Assembly: GCF_009914755.1 (NCBI RefSeq)
Contig: NC_060939.1
Strand: one strand, 5' to 3'
Length of the DNA stretch: 64,000 nt
Origin: the human T2T-CHM13v2.0 reference genome, Homo sapiens
Notes under the pieces: model-generated
The model's input: only the letters and a program-made list of their open reading frames with translations
What the model was told of the DNA's origin: nothing
Database searches by the model: none
Position numbers and translations under genes: made by a program
Shown here: one piece after another, positions 14,241 to 28,653 of the stretch
Position numbering within the stretch: the stretch's first letter is position 1
Layout: every line of letters starts with the position of its first letter

Positions 14241-15674
14241 GAAGGAAAGGAAAGATGTGGAAGTGAGGAGGAGACAGAGATATAAACTAATGCTTGTAAC
14301 TCAGAATGATATGTGCTACAATGAATTATATTCAAAGTTCTAATAGATCAAAGAGAATGCCTCACACATTTATAATACTAAATTCTTATTTTCCATCTCA
14401 AAATTAATATGAATACTAAGAGTAAATATAATGTGTGTTGAGAAAATATGCTTATAATCTCTAAAATTAATATCTGAATACTGAAATGTGTACGGGAAAT
14501 AACAACATCAAAATTAATTTTTTTTTTCAGATTTCCCCCTTTTAAGAACAATGCAAAGGCAGAGAGAGAGGGACATTAACTAAATCTGGATTTGATTGTC
14601 AACTTTACAAAAAAGAATGGGAGTTTTTCATTTAGCAAAGAAAATCTTATCAACAGACATCCAAACTTAAAGATGAATTAATAATATTTCGATAAATTAA
14701 TAATATGTAGATAATATTTAGATTAACTTCTATAATTATTATTTAATAATTTCTCATATATAAATTCAGCCTCACATTTTTCTCTCCATCTTATTTTTGA
14801 CTGTCACTTATTAATCTAGATGCTCATGGCAGTTGTTCACTGGCAGCGATAAAGGTAGTTGCATAGAAAGAACAGGGAGAAAGTGTTTTCAATAAGGTCC
14901 CTTTCAAGAAGGACCACAATTATATATGTATTTCTCAGATGAAGATATTTTAGACTTAGATTACTACAAACAGTCTTGGTTCGGAAATCACAGCTAGAGA
15001 ATTAGCACAGGGGCTTTGAAATGTATCAGGAGAATTTATTCCATGTCATGGATGATGAAGAAAATATCAAGAAAGGTTAAATAATTAGTCAATACTAAAC
15101 CAATATGTGACTGAGACAATGACAACCATTTGTGAACAGGACTTTCAAGAAGGGAAGACAGAACACAATAAAGCATATTGTGAAAATGATACCCACCAAG
15201 GGGGAAAAGGAAACAAATAGACATGGTTCAAACAAGCTCTCAGAAAATGGTATGCCACAGTGCTTCCTTCTAACTCTTATTCTGATGTTTAGCTTTCATC
15301 AGGAATCTAAATTATAATTGACTTTTGCTCAGAGCACCTAATATAACATGATTCAAATGAAAACTCTGATGCCAGTCAAAGAAGATGACAAGAAAACCTT
15401 GTTAAAAATACTCATTTACTTGTTAACAGAGTTTTTCTATACACTTTTTAATGCTGCCCTCTAGGATTCATTTTTATTTATTTCCTCCTAAGGTTCCATA
15501 TCTTTTGTGACCGTTTTCTCATTTATGTTGCCCAGAAAGGAAAGAGCCTGGGGTTTCCTGACATCGGTGCTTTAAAGATATGCTCTATTCCACAGTTTTG
15601 AGCAAAAGTCAAAGGAAAAGATAATATATGAATACAGGGAGACCTGAAGCTTGACAGAGAGTCTTCCTTTTTCC

Positions 15675-15719
<45 letters not shown>
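15675..15719. repeat. (GA)n microsatellite with one interruption
   Basis: AG run with a single AT. Confidence 0.97.
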
Positions 15720-16099
15720 ATACCCCTTCCTCATTAGAAGTAAAAGCCCAGAAGCCACTAGCTGACATCAGCCCTTGAAACCCCAGGCTTCTTTGAGTCA
15801 TCAGAGCACACAATAGCTCTACAGTGTCTGAAAGCAAGAAAATGTCTCATACTTAATAATAACCTATTTTTCTGGTCATCTTTTTGTTTTAACACAATGC
15901 ACAGCATGTGCTTCTGTAGTCGAATATTTCAAATCAGCTATGTAACTACATACAGGATTTTAAAATCTATTGATTGCAGATCCCACGAAAAGTGAGTAAT
16001 GGCTAGTACTAACTACATCAAAGGCATTGTACTATGGGTTTCACTTATATTATCTCATTTAAATCTCACAGCAACAGTATGTTGAAGCATTACTTAAAA

Positions 16100-16665
16100 C
16101 AACTTTTTATTGATTCATATTAGATGTATACATTTTCAGGGAAATGTGATAATTTAATACATTCATATAGACAAATCAGAATAATTGGGATATAAATTAC
16201 CTTAAATATTTTCTTTATGCTAGGAGCATTTGAATTATTTTCTTTTAGCTATTTTGAATTGTACAATTAGTTATTGTTAACTATAGTCACCCTATTGACC
16301 TATTGAACACCAGGTTTCATTCTATCTAAGTGTTTATTTGTACCCATTAATTAACCTCTCTTTATCCACCCCTTTCTCCACACCCTTCCTGGCCTCTGGT
16401 AACCACCAATCTACTGTCTATCCTCAGGGAATCCATTTTTTTAGTTCTGGCATATGAGTGAGAACATGCAATATTTGTCTTTCTGTGCCTGGCTTTTTTT
16501 ACTTAACACAATGACCTTCAGTTCCATCCATGTGGCTACGAATGACAGGATTTCATTTTTTTATAGCCAAATAATAGTCCATTGTGTACATATAGCACAT
16601 TTTCTTTATTCATTCATCCACTGATGGACACTGAGGTTGATTCCCTATTTTGGCTATTGCAAATA
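16100..16665 (-). mobile_element. L1MA 3' end, 5'-truncated, inserted in a MIR
   Basis: Antisense L1 3'UTR motifs ('atatgagtgagaacatgcaatatttgtctttctgtgcctggc', 'cattcatccactgatggacac'); imperfect TSD gaagca(c)ttact; MIR halves at about 16000-16095 and 16680-16800. Confidence 0.8.
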
Positions 16666-19600
16666 AGAAGCACTTACTAGTGATTAATATAACCATTTTA
16701 TAAAAGAGGAAACTGAGGCTTAGAAGGAAAAAGTCAAAACTTTGGGTGAAAAGATACCAGAGGTCTTGCAAGCATTGAATCCATATTTAAAGCAGGTCAG
16801 ATTCAAGCCTGGGAGACCAGAGAACTCATAGATGGCAGGTTAAAATGCCGATTTACCTTCATACACTGCCTTAAGTCTATAGATCCAGCTTCTTAGGAGG
16901 GGTTGTGAGCAGGTCTGATACTCAGCTAGTATTTACAGGTAAGGCTCCACAGACAATTAAAGTATTTAAAAACTATCCTCCAGGTTGGTAAAAGTGCCCT
17001 GGCCATGCTGCCTTCACACCCAAGACCCATCCGTGTAGCAACTAAAAGGTTAATAATGAGTTTCCAGGACCCTGCTCTGCTCTGACTGGTTGATGCCGAA
17101 GGTAGTCATCCCCCTAAAGCCCTACCTCCTGGGTGCTGCCAGTGGCTCCCACAGAGATCCCCACCTACTGGTTGATCCTTGTCCCTTCTGTAGCTATCTA
17201 CGGGAATTTCAGCTTCCATGGGAATTTGGCTCTGAGAGAGCCAGGGAGAGACAAAAGAACTTACAAGTGTGGGCTGGTTGGAGGGTCACAGATAGGGTAC
17301 TGTAGTAGATGGTATATATTTAAACTGTGAGACCAGAAGAGAAATGCAAGTCTTGATAAAATGAGGTATTCCTCATTTAGTAAAATAGGGTACTCAGTCA
17401 TGTTTATAATGGGATCCACTGGAAAAAGGCAAACTGCTCTCCAAACGCAAACATGAAATTTAACGTAAAATAGTAGAAAACAGTTCTCAGGTATTAATGA
17501 TAACATTGTGCTATGCTAATTAGAATATAAGATAAAATGATCACTAGTGAAAATAGGTTGTGGCAGAAAATCTGCCACTTTTAGTGAAGAGATAAAAAAT
17601 CCCTAAAACTTTGGCAACTTGTCATTTTTTAAATCAATAATAATCATTTATTTAAGAACTAGGAAATCCTTGATAGAGATGCTAAGCTTAATGATGAGGA
17701 TACAGACGTTAAAGCCAGTAGAGTTCGGACTACCCACTAGCTGGAACTCTGCTTCCTGCCTCAGCTGTTTTGTGGGAGGAGGCGGGCTGTGTGGTAAGTA
17801 TGCTGGGAGAAGAGATGACAAAGGCTTGAGCGTAAGGTACGAGTGCAAACTTAGCAAATTCTGGGTAGTTGATCCACAGAATAAACTTGTAACAATTTAT
17901 GAATTCTTTGATTCTGAAATTTGATGGTGGCTTTCTGCCACATTTGAGCTTGCTTTATAAGGCACTTGACAATGTGTTGAAAAGAGGTTTGCCAAGTTAT
18001 TTGTGTCCTTGTCTTTTTTTCCACACCACCAGCAAGAAAGTTCCTTCAGGGTGGGGATAGCATTGGCACATAAGTATCCACTGAATGGACTTTAATTTAT
18101 AACTCCAAGCAACCAAGTTATAAGCAGAGTTCTGGGAAACTATATTCAAGTAAAGTGATTGTTACTCAAAACTATTACCATGTTTAAATGGATACCTTTT
18201 TAAATCCAACAATTTTTGGGATTCTTGAATAAATTATATATTATTTTCATGCTTTTAATTTTTTTGAAATATGCAATGAACTTATAGCTTAGTTACTACT
18301 GAGGGTTAAATTGCATTGGACTTTCACTTCAAAGACCCAAACAAAGAATTCTAGACCCAATCATAATAATTCTTTGAACACAGTCCTGTAAAATACAAGG
18401 TATGTTAGCACACAAATTCACAGTAGAGCTTTGTAATCTTTAATGTAATAAAATGAAACCAAAAACTCGTATGACTGGAAGAATATTGCTGTCTACTGTT
18501 GAAATGGATCATTTAAAAAATTGGAACTAAGTGCTGAACAGGGAAATCTACAATAAAAATGGCAGCAGTAAAGGGAAAAAGCAGCTTTCATAAAGAATGT
18601 CAACATTGCCTTTCATATGGATATTTCTGTTAAAATATGTTAATATGATCATCTTGATTTACTAGTTTTGCTTAATATTTACAAAAGGCCAATCATGTAG
18701 AATTTTACATCTTGTAGTAGACATTCCATGGCTTTTTAGTATAATCCCCTGCCTCCCCAAAAGAGAAAAAAAAATCTGATTAATGGCTGTGGCCAGGGAT
18801 ATGAGTGCTATAAAAATGAGACAAGACAGTAACACACTTCTTTTGTAAAGTGCAACTAGAGCTTCAAAGGGTGGCAATGAATCTTATTTTACACATGGAA
18901 TATGTATACATGCCTGAAATACACTCTATCTATTGCTTTAGGGTTTCTAGGTATTTCAGAAAGTTTTTTGAATTAAGTCACATCATCAGGCAGTTGTTTT
19001 GTTTCACCCCCATAAAAGCAGTTTTCCTGAACTACTCTTGGGCATTGGTCTGAGAAATAGCCACATAATGCTCTGAGTGAAGAGTCAAGTGCCCTCCTTA
19101 AAATGCAAACAGGGGAATTTTTTTCTGAGATTTCAGCACCATACTTTCATTCTGGAAACAGTTATTAAGTCCCTAGGAATAGCTGGGCTTCTACTGAGCA
19201 GCCAGTTTGTTTTTATCTCATGGACATTACAGATTTTGTCACTGGTTGCATTTCCCTTTTTGCATAGACGACTAGAATGCTCAGAGCCAAATGTGACTAG
19301 GACATAAGACCTCATGGCACATATTTTATATAAAAAAAAGAAAAACAACAAGCAAAACTAATCTCAAGCCCTGCTGGCTTTATTTTATTGCAATTTAACA
19401 AACATTTAGTGAGTATGCAATATGATCCAGGTACTCTAGTTGTTTTTTTTTTCTAATTTTTCCATTTAATAAAAACAAAACTTTTATATTTTATTCATTT
19501 TTTTCTAAGCTATCAAATAAAGAATACTAGGCTTCTAATTTTTAAGGCTACAGATTGCAGTCATAAGACCATACTTCTCCAAACTAGAGAATTAACTTGC

Positions 19601-20202
19601 CTCAATTTCTGGCAAGAAAGATGGTTTTCTATAAATTCCAATCACATCATATGGTTTGGTGCAAAATGAACTATCTATATGCATGAAGCTAATTGCTTAA
19701 TAGCCCTACTAACATATGCTTTCTGGAAAAAATATATACACATACAGACAACAAATGTAATTGGTGGAATCCTTGCTTAAAGGTCTCTGGAGTCTTAGCA
19801 GAAAGTTGTAAGTAAACCAAGAAACTTGCATACAAAATTATTCATTTATTCTACTCTTCGAGTCAAGTGTAAGACAGTACTATTCATCTTGGAAAGCAAT
19901 CTGGCTATTCTTTCCTTTAAAAGCAATTTCAACTGGTGAACAAATATGAAATGTACTAAGTTTTTCTTAAAAGACACCAAAGGTGTATCTTCATATGTTT
20001 TGAAAGTAATAGTGTAACAGGCCCAAAAGTCTTTATCTGAAAAATCATCATGCAAGAAAGTTGCTTGATCAAAAGTGATTCTTACAAGATGAATATAGGT
20101 AGCGTCTTACTATAAGTACAGCCAGGATGTGATTATAAAAGTATAAATGCATTCCTATAAATAGTAACACTTCAAATACTTTTAAGTACAGGAATCATTT
20201 AA

Positions 20203-20516
<314 letters not shown>

Positions 20517-21824
20517 AATTTGTTGTCTTCTTGACAGAATGATGTCATGAAACTTAATGCTCTAGTTTAAAAAGTCCCTAAGAAGCTCAGTCAGAAATCA
20601 AGATTAAACATTTCAGTTATAAAATAATTGTCTCCCTCACAGTTTCATGAAGAAAGCAATGAATCTTGTATAATGGAAGAGAATCTCAGTCATTTGTGTA
20701 TCCCAAATAAATACCTTACATAATACTAGGAAATTAAGAATTCAGTAAATGCCATTCATTGAGCAAAAAATTAATGAAATAATCAAAGATTGTTAGAGGT
20801 AGAAGATATTTAGATATTTCTTAAGAAAAATTGAGACTACAGTTCATTTAACTGCTATGCATTTTAACATCTGGCTGAGAGAAAAACAGTAAGGACAAGA
20901 ATCCAAATTTCTTGACTTCTAGAATGATTCTTTTTCATATCATGCTATTTTAAAATGTAAATCAAAGATGACAGATTATCAAGTTTTTATCTAGAGATTG
21001 CTTATGTCAGAAAAAAAAAAAGAATGGGGATATTTGACTACAACACAAGACAAAATGGCTTTTGGTGGGAAAAGTACCTCTCTGAACAGAACAGGGCAAT
21101 ACTGTTGTCCTGGAAATAGGAGAGTGCATATGTAATGGAAGAAAGAAAAAAAAAAATACCTCTCTCAAGATGAGGCCACCAGGGCTTAGAGAGCATCCAA
21201 AATTGTGATGTCATTACAGTGCAGATCCCAGGGAGTTTCTATTAATGCAAAATGGCTCTCTAAGAATTAAAAGTTGAGCTCTCCAAGGTAGAGGTACAGT
21301 ATAGTGGTCTCTCTCTTTTCCCATGGAGGAAGTCACTGTGGCTTCCTCCAAAAAAATAAGAAATAAATAAGAAATAATAATAAGAAATAAACCTCCTCAA
21401 AAGAAATTGGCTTGGGTTCTCCATCTGCAAGCCAAATGCCCAGAGATTCTAGGGAAAACAGAGAAAGAAAGATGATGAGAGAGAGTTTGGAACAATACGT
21501 GGTGTTATAATTTAAGGGAGATTTGTCTTCCAAACAAAAATTTCCCAGGAAGATTACAGAATTCTGGGGCAAAATGGAATTCTGGCAAAATGGAAGGTGG
21601 TGAGATGTTTCTTTGGTCTTTTCAAATCTTGCTTTTTGCATACTGTGTCTAGAGAAGTGGTCTACAAATAAAAGCAGGAACATTTTGAATTGGTCTACAT
21701 TAGATACTAGCATTGAAACTCCTTTGTTGGATTGTATCCTAAAAAAAGACTGACATTAAAAAAGATTATTTGAAAGAATAATTTCATCAATATTCTTTGA
21801 AAATTGGCTAGTTTTATATTAATT

Positions 21825-21950
21825 AATTAGTTATTTCTTTAGTCAAATATTTACTGCATGCCTACTATGTGTTAGGCATTGTGCTAGGTGCTGGAAAGAC
21901 AATGGTGAGTATTGCTGTGTGCTCCCTGCTTCCAGTTCTCATTCTAATTA
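21825..21950 (-). mobile_element. L2 3' fragment
   Basis: 'caaatatttactgcatgcctactatgtgttaggcattgtgctaggtgctgg'. Confidence 0.75.
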
Positions 21951-22019
21951 TATACCATAAAGGAGGAAGAAAAGGAAAGTCTTCCTATTTTGGAGATTAA
22001 AAACAACAACATCCATGCA

Positions 22020-23540
22020 TCTGTTCATGGATTAAAAAAAGAAAAAAATAATAAAAATAAAAATGACAAAATTGTATCATCTTGAAGCAAGTCTGAAATT
22101 GTTTTATGTAAAAAATACTTAATATTTGGTATGTACTTGGATAACATGATGATTGCTTTAAGGACCAAAGAGAATAACTTATTTTTCTAATTGTAGAATA
22201 TATTATAATTAAAGAACAAAGTTGTAAATTATAAAAATATATAAAAAAGAAAACTAAAATCACCTGCAATTATACCAATAATTTCCCTTTTTTTTTTTTT
22301 TTTTTTTACCATTTCTATCATTTTGGTATAATACTTACCAGTTGATTTTCCATGTGCATATGTATACACACATATTTTACCTGACTAGGCTCATACTGTA
22401 TAAATATTTTCATATTTTTTCTATTTTATGAGTATTTATATTTAATTTAAAATTCTGCAAAAATTATACTTGATGTCTGAATTTCATTGTATCATTCTTT
22501 TTTTCTCCCCAAATTCTAGCAAAATCTTATATTATCCTTCACCAGATAATCTACCCTATCTATTATTGGAATATTCTTTAGTCATATTTGGTTCATAGAA
22601 ATACTGGGGTTAGTTTTATGTTTATCTGTTCCATTCGATTGATCTTTGTATGGATTCTAGGTGCAGTAGTACCATACCACTCTAAATATTGTAGTGCAAG
22701 AACACATTTTCATATTTAATCAATTCTATTCCCCTTTATAATGTTTTAAAAATTATCTTTTGCTATTCTGAATGCTAACCATTTAAAAAGTTATTTCACG
22801 TTTTTAAAATAATACCACTAGGATTTTGCCTGATATACTAAAGGCATACCTGTACATTAATTGCTATCTTTACAATATTCCCATTTAGAGGCATAATTCT
22901 TGACATTTATTTGTCTTTTTGCATGTTGCTCAATAAAGTTTTATAATTCTTTCCAGACAAGAGTCTCGTGCAATTCTTATTCAGGATATTACCGGATATT
23001 TTATAATTGAGATTATTACCACAAATTTATTTTTCTTCTTTCCCACCCCCAAATCAAGATAGTGATGAATTTTAAAATTTAAAATATATTATATATTTTC
23101 TATCCTGCCATTTTAATTAATTCTTTTCAGTACCAGTGGTTTTTTTAGTTGATCCATTTGGGTTTTTCTATGTTGAAATGTGTTCAACGTCACTATACAT
23201 TTATGTAAGGTAGGAGGCTGAAACTGTACTAGAAAAAGTCTGTTATGTCAGTCCATTCCCATTATCTCAACTTAGCATATTCTTCTGAAATAGGGTGAAT
23301 AAGCCCTGATTATATATTTCCTGAAAATGAGAATTTGTTTTCCTTTTTTGTAGCACATCTTTTATAAGTTCATTGCAGTATTGAATTGTCTAGAACTTCC
23401 AGCATAATCTTAAATTACAGATATAATCTATCTATATATAATCTTAAAATATAGAATTCTGTGCATTCTTGCCTCATTCCAGATATTGATGTAGACTGTC
23501 TCTGCTATTTACAATATAGTGGCTGTTTCCTAGGCACGTT
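22020..23540 (-). mobile_element. Highly diverged L1ME-like fragments
   Basis: T-rich antisense L1 ORF2-like motifs ('tctgttccattcgattgatc', 'gtagtaccataccac', 'gcattcttgcctcattccagat'); boundaries approximate. Confidence 0.45.
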
Positions 23541-26500
23541 TGAAAGGCCTTCATCATGCATAAACAATAAATAGTAACTGTATTAATTCACTCCTAATGG
23601 TATTGAGAAGATCAAGGATGGTGGCTATACAGCAGAACTTTCATGTTACCACAGAGAGTTTACCAAATGGAAGGCCTCACCTTCTTTAATAATTCTTAGA
23701 GGAAGCAACAAGTTCTGTGTTTCCTGAAGTAACTGCTCTATTTATTGGAATGTTCAAAACAAGCTTCCAATCTAGAATGTGCTCAACATAAATAAATTTC
23801 CACTTAGGGGAGAAGCCTGCAACTGTATTAGAAAATGTATTATTTTAGCCTATTACACCTGTAACATTGACCCAACTTATCATATTCTTCCAAGACAGTG
23901 TAAACGAGCCCTGAGCAGTCACTGGATATGTTTTAGCTCTAAAGCAGTTTCAGAATATCATTTAGAGCTCAATGAATTTTATTGACACTAGCATTCTTTT
24001 GTACAGCATCGTTCTCTAAGATCAGGTGATACCATTCAATCAAATATAATTTTTAAATGCGTTTTCAGTATCTGGTCATTCAGTGACAGGTCAGTTTTTG
24101 TATGCAGGCTGATCTTGTTCAGCAATTATTATTATTTTTTAAACATGAGAGGAGACACAACCAGCACACAGAAATAACGTATTTTCTCTTGCTTTTAACA
24201 GAGTCAATGTCCTGAAAAGGAGAGAGGCGCTAATATACCTGAGCACTTCAGTGAGAAAGATGGAAAATCACTTACAGTGCTCAAATAAAAAGATTGCTTC
24301 AGGGAAAAAGAAGTCTAAAAAAATCTGTTGTGGTACATAGCTCTGCCAGGTATTTCTTTCCCATGTCTGTGGGCAAATAAATATAATTTTTGTTCACTTT
24401 CCATCATGGGAATAAAAAGGAAACATTACTAGTTTTTAAAAGTTATATAGATATAGATATAAATATCTTATTTTCTGTAGGTAAACATTGTTGATAGTAT
24501 CTCATGTATTTAAAATGTCTTACTGCTTGATTCAGATGTCTTATTTTCTAAAATTCATTTGAGCAATTTGTGTTCTTTTCTGCCAGACATTTCATTGGAT
24601 TCACAAAAATAAAACAATATAACATCTTTAAACAAGGAGTGGTAATCTTTTTCAATTCCACTGTGGAATGATATATTTAAAAAAAAGAAATTTATTTATA
24701 AGCACTTCCAGGGTGCCACTATTCCCCATTTGACCCACGTTAAATATTCTCATTACAATCACTACAAATGAAACATATCACTCTGAGATGAAAGATCCAA
24801 TGCTACCTAGTCATATGAATGTACCGTATGTTCTCAACATGGATCACAAGTAAACTGCATTTTAATAACTCAAATTATTGCAAATTCAAAACAATATATA
24901 GCTACCAAATAAATGTCATAAACCTGATATGCAGAATAAATAAATAGCAACCTGTGTATTTTAGCTATTAAAATTATGATGGAGTATTTTAGCTATTAAA
25001 TTTATGATTAAATTTATGAATCACATGATTTCATACTGATATTTTTCAAAACTCAGCTTTCTGTTAATAACATAACCAATTATGTTAATTAATCTGTAGG
25101 AAAGCACTGACAATGCAATCTAGGGCATAGCATTTTGATAATGTAACAGCACAATTTTTGTTAATGTCAGCCATCACTTTATACCTTTAAAATTCTACTT
25201 TTTCATTAATTGTCAGGCTCTTCAGTAGTCTTTTGGTGGAGATCTTATATTATGTTTTTAAAAAGGAGGCCTGTTTTCAATTAACAGTTCCTTGACAAGG
25301 TATAACAATATTGTACATCTACACTTTTATTTATTTTTCTCTTTCATTGTTAGCAATCCTCTAAACTTGAAAACATTTTTTCTTCTCTCTGATTTTACAT
25401 TTGGCAAACATCAATCTTTCCTGTACTTAAGTGCACCATAGTTGACAGGCTGCTTTTGTTAAAGAATGTCAGCTTATACACTGCCTTAATATGCCAAAAT
25501 TTATTTTGTATTCAGCAGCATGATCAATTACTATCATCCTGTCTTCAGAAATTAAGGCTTGGAAAAAAAATTTGTTTCAGATAAATTTGATTAAAGCAAA
25601 GTCCAAATAACTCAGGGCTAAATTTAGAAATTTGTTATTGGGCGTCCTCTTATTATTTCCCCTGTAAGCATATGACATCTTTAAAGAAGATTAGTTGGAT
25701 ACATATTCTAGTGCCCTTAAAATATAAAGAAAATTTGCTTTCATCCAGGACTTGGTTATCTGAAATGCAATTTTAATATTCTTAGTTTGTCTAAAAAAAT
25801 GTTGGAGGCCATATATAATTCTAAGAACACAAATTAAATGCTGAGATGTAGTTTTCATGTCTTATTTTTAGGAACGTATGATCTTTTTTGAGGGGACAAG
25901 ATGGGTTATGCCCAAAACTCTGGATAAGAACTTTCATGAGAAAAACCTCTAGCAAAATACAGTAAAAGGAGTAATTGAATCACTATAAATGTAATCAAAC
26001 TCCTCCATTCTAGACTTTTTCTTTTCTCCTTCAAAGAAGTGATATAACATAGTCTCTCCCAACATACAAAATTTAAAATAATAGGGGAGAAATGAAATCT
26101 TCCTAAAACAACCACAACATAACCACATTGAAGAGTTGCCTGCGAGGAAGTTTTATTGTTTGGTTATTCAAAGTAATAGCTGTGTTTGTGTCTGTCTGCA
26201 TTTTGCTGTCTCTCAATGTATAAGTGAATACAGAAGGAAGAGAGACAAAGGAAGAGAGAGAAACACAGATAGTGAGAAACTGAGAAAAGATCAGGGAAGG
26301 TTAAGGGCTGCAAGTGTAGATACAAAGTTCAGAGTAAAAATTCTTCCTGAATTCTATTGGAAAGCACTCACATATGTGATTCCATAAATAAAGGACATAA
26401 AAGGCTTTATTAACCACAAAATACACGTCTTTTATATTACTTAGAGTTTGATTTTTTTAAAAAACAAAATACATGTAGAATATTTCAAATTCCATACCAA

Positions 26501-28340
26501 TTCAATGAATGCTGGTCTCTTTGTTGGTTTATTATTGGTCCTGAGAGTTCTATCAGAATATTCTCTATGCCATTTTAATCATTGAAGTATCCTAGAGTTT
26601 TGAAGGTATCTGGAGTTATCAGGGTGTATTTTGTCCATTTGTACTTGCCAGGGCAGTAGAAACACAACTGCTGTTATTTTGACCTAACTCATACAGCAGA
26701 GTCTACCTTGAATGGGATATGTTTACATAGGTCTAACTTACTTTATCCTCTTGGCCCATTGAACACGATAAGATATTTTAAATTAAATAAAACTTGGCCA
26801 ACTTATTCTTTCAATATAATTTACATAGCCTATTTTTATAAGAATCCTTTAAAAAGATTGATCTTATCAAAATTTAGTATAGAGTTTCTATTTGATTAGT
26901 GGGATTACACTACTATTTTGAAAGCATATAACTAAATTTTTATATTTCCAATTGTCTTTTTGGATGTACACCATTCTGTTTTATTTCTCAATATAGCAAT
27001 CAACATTGAGTTTTTGCTATCTGCAAGACAGTGTGCTAGAATAAATACTGAGAATTGAGTGGTGTCAGTCATTAATGAAGGTAATAACAAATTTATAACT
27101 ACATGTAAAAACCTTTAGTTTTTAACCTTTGTAATATTTTCACAATAACAAATCCACAATTTAAAAAATAATCCCACTGTCGGGCAATATGTATTGATTC
27201 TTAGTTTGGAAAAAGTGGTCACTACCATTAAATAACTTATATTGCTTTCTAAATAAAATAGCAAGCCACCTTGAGGTACTATCAGAGAGCTCCTAGCAGT
27301 CTTTAAACACGTGCCAGACTTCAGTAACAGATTTGGTAGTATTTAAGAAATAAAGCAATGGTAGTAGAAGTTTTAGAATGACTAAAACTATCATTTGTAA
27401 CTTTGTGATTGCGAAAATAAGGCATGGCTATATGCTTCTAGTATGCATTTAAACAATACAAAAATATATATGATAAAAAGTGAAGTCCTCTGGATTTTGT
27501 TTATTTTTACCAGTGTGAATATGATTTTGGAATGATGCCAAACATTTTGGAGGCTGGTACATTAAGGATACTACACCAGCGTTAACCCTTCTTCAAATGA
27601 CTGAATTCCAAATTGAGAAAATAAAATTTAATTGGAACCTGAATCACATCATTATGTCCTTATGTCCACAGTTATATTAGAACATAATTTTAGGAAATCT
27701 ATTGAGAGTAGAAATTTATGCAAGAGGCAAATGTAAAGAGACCTAAGACTGCTCTTTCCCTCTCTGCCTCCTACAGGACAAAGGTGATAATGCAGGGGAA
27801 ATGCTGTGGAATCTTTGCTTCTGTCACTTCTGAGATCCTATCCTGAACTTAGTAAGTGCCTGCTCCAAATATTGTTTTTAACTTTAAAATACTCAAGACC
27901 AAAGTGATAGCTTAGTCAGAATTCAGATAAGTAAGCACAAAGCCTTGAAAGAGAAATACCCACCACATATTAACTGAAAGATAATTAATGCTAAATTCAC
28001 ACACTGATATGATTAAATGGATACATGGTAACTAAATAAATTACTTTATTTGCCAATTACTTTAGAAACTAAAGGTATTAAAATTCAGAACTCAGAGTCC
28101 TTGTAATATTATTATACAATAAATATTTGGAATATTTCCATTTATCAATAATGCCATCTGTCCTATCCAATACAAATGGACTACAACCCATAAGCCTCCT
28201 TTCCCCGTTGATTACTCTGATGAATGAGGTATAACAACTCATAAAACCATCATATCATATCACACTGCCATTAAAAAGATATGGAAAAAGGAGAAACACA
28301 AGATAATACTTAATTTGAAACTGTCAAATCAATTTAGTAA

Positions 28341-28343
<3 letters not shown>

Positions 28344-28376
<33 letters not shown>

Positions 28377-28653
28377 AGAATCTCACTTTGTTGCCCAGGC
28401 TAGAATGCAGAGGTGCGATCATAGCTCATTGCAGCTGTGACCTCCTAGGCTCAAGTGATCCTCCCACCTCAGCCTCCTAAGTAGAAGGGCCTACAGGTGT
28501 GTGCCACCATGCCCAGCTAATTTTTTGGTTTTTTTGTAGAGACAGGGTCTTGCTATTTTGCCAGGGCTGGTCCCGAACTCCTGGGCTCAAGGGATCCTCC
28601 CACCTGGCCTCCCAAAGTGCTGGAATTAAAGGCATAAGCCATCAAACCCAGCC
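28344..28653 (-). mobile_element. AluJ
   Basis: Long T tail; J-type body ('atagctcattgcagc', 'cctgggctcaagggatcctccc'). Confidence 0.9.

Noticed and set aside
17700-17845. GC box plus GTG|GTAAGT donor as a promoter or first exon
   Set aside because: Isolated motifs with no CpG island and no linked downstream exon; expected by chance in 64 kb.
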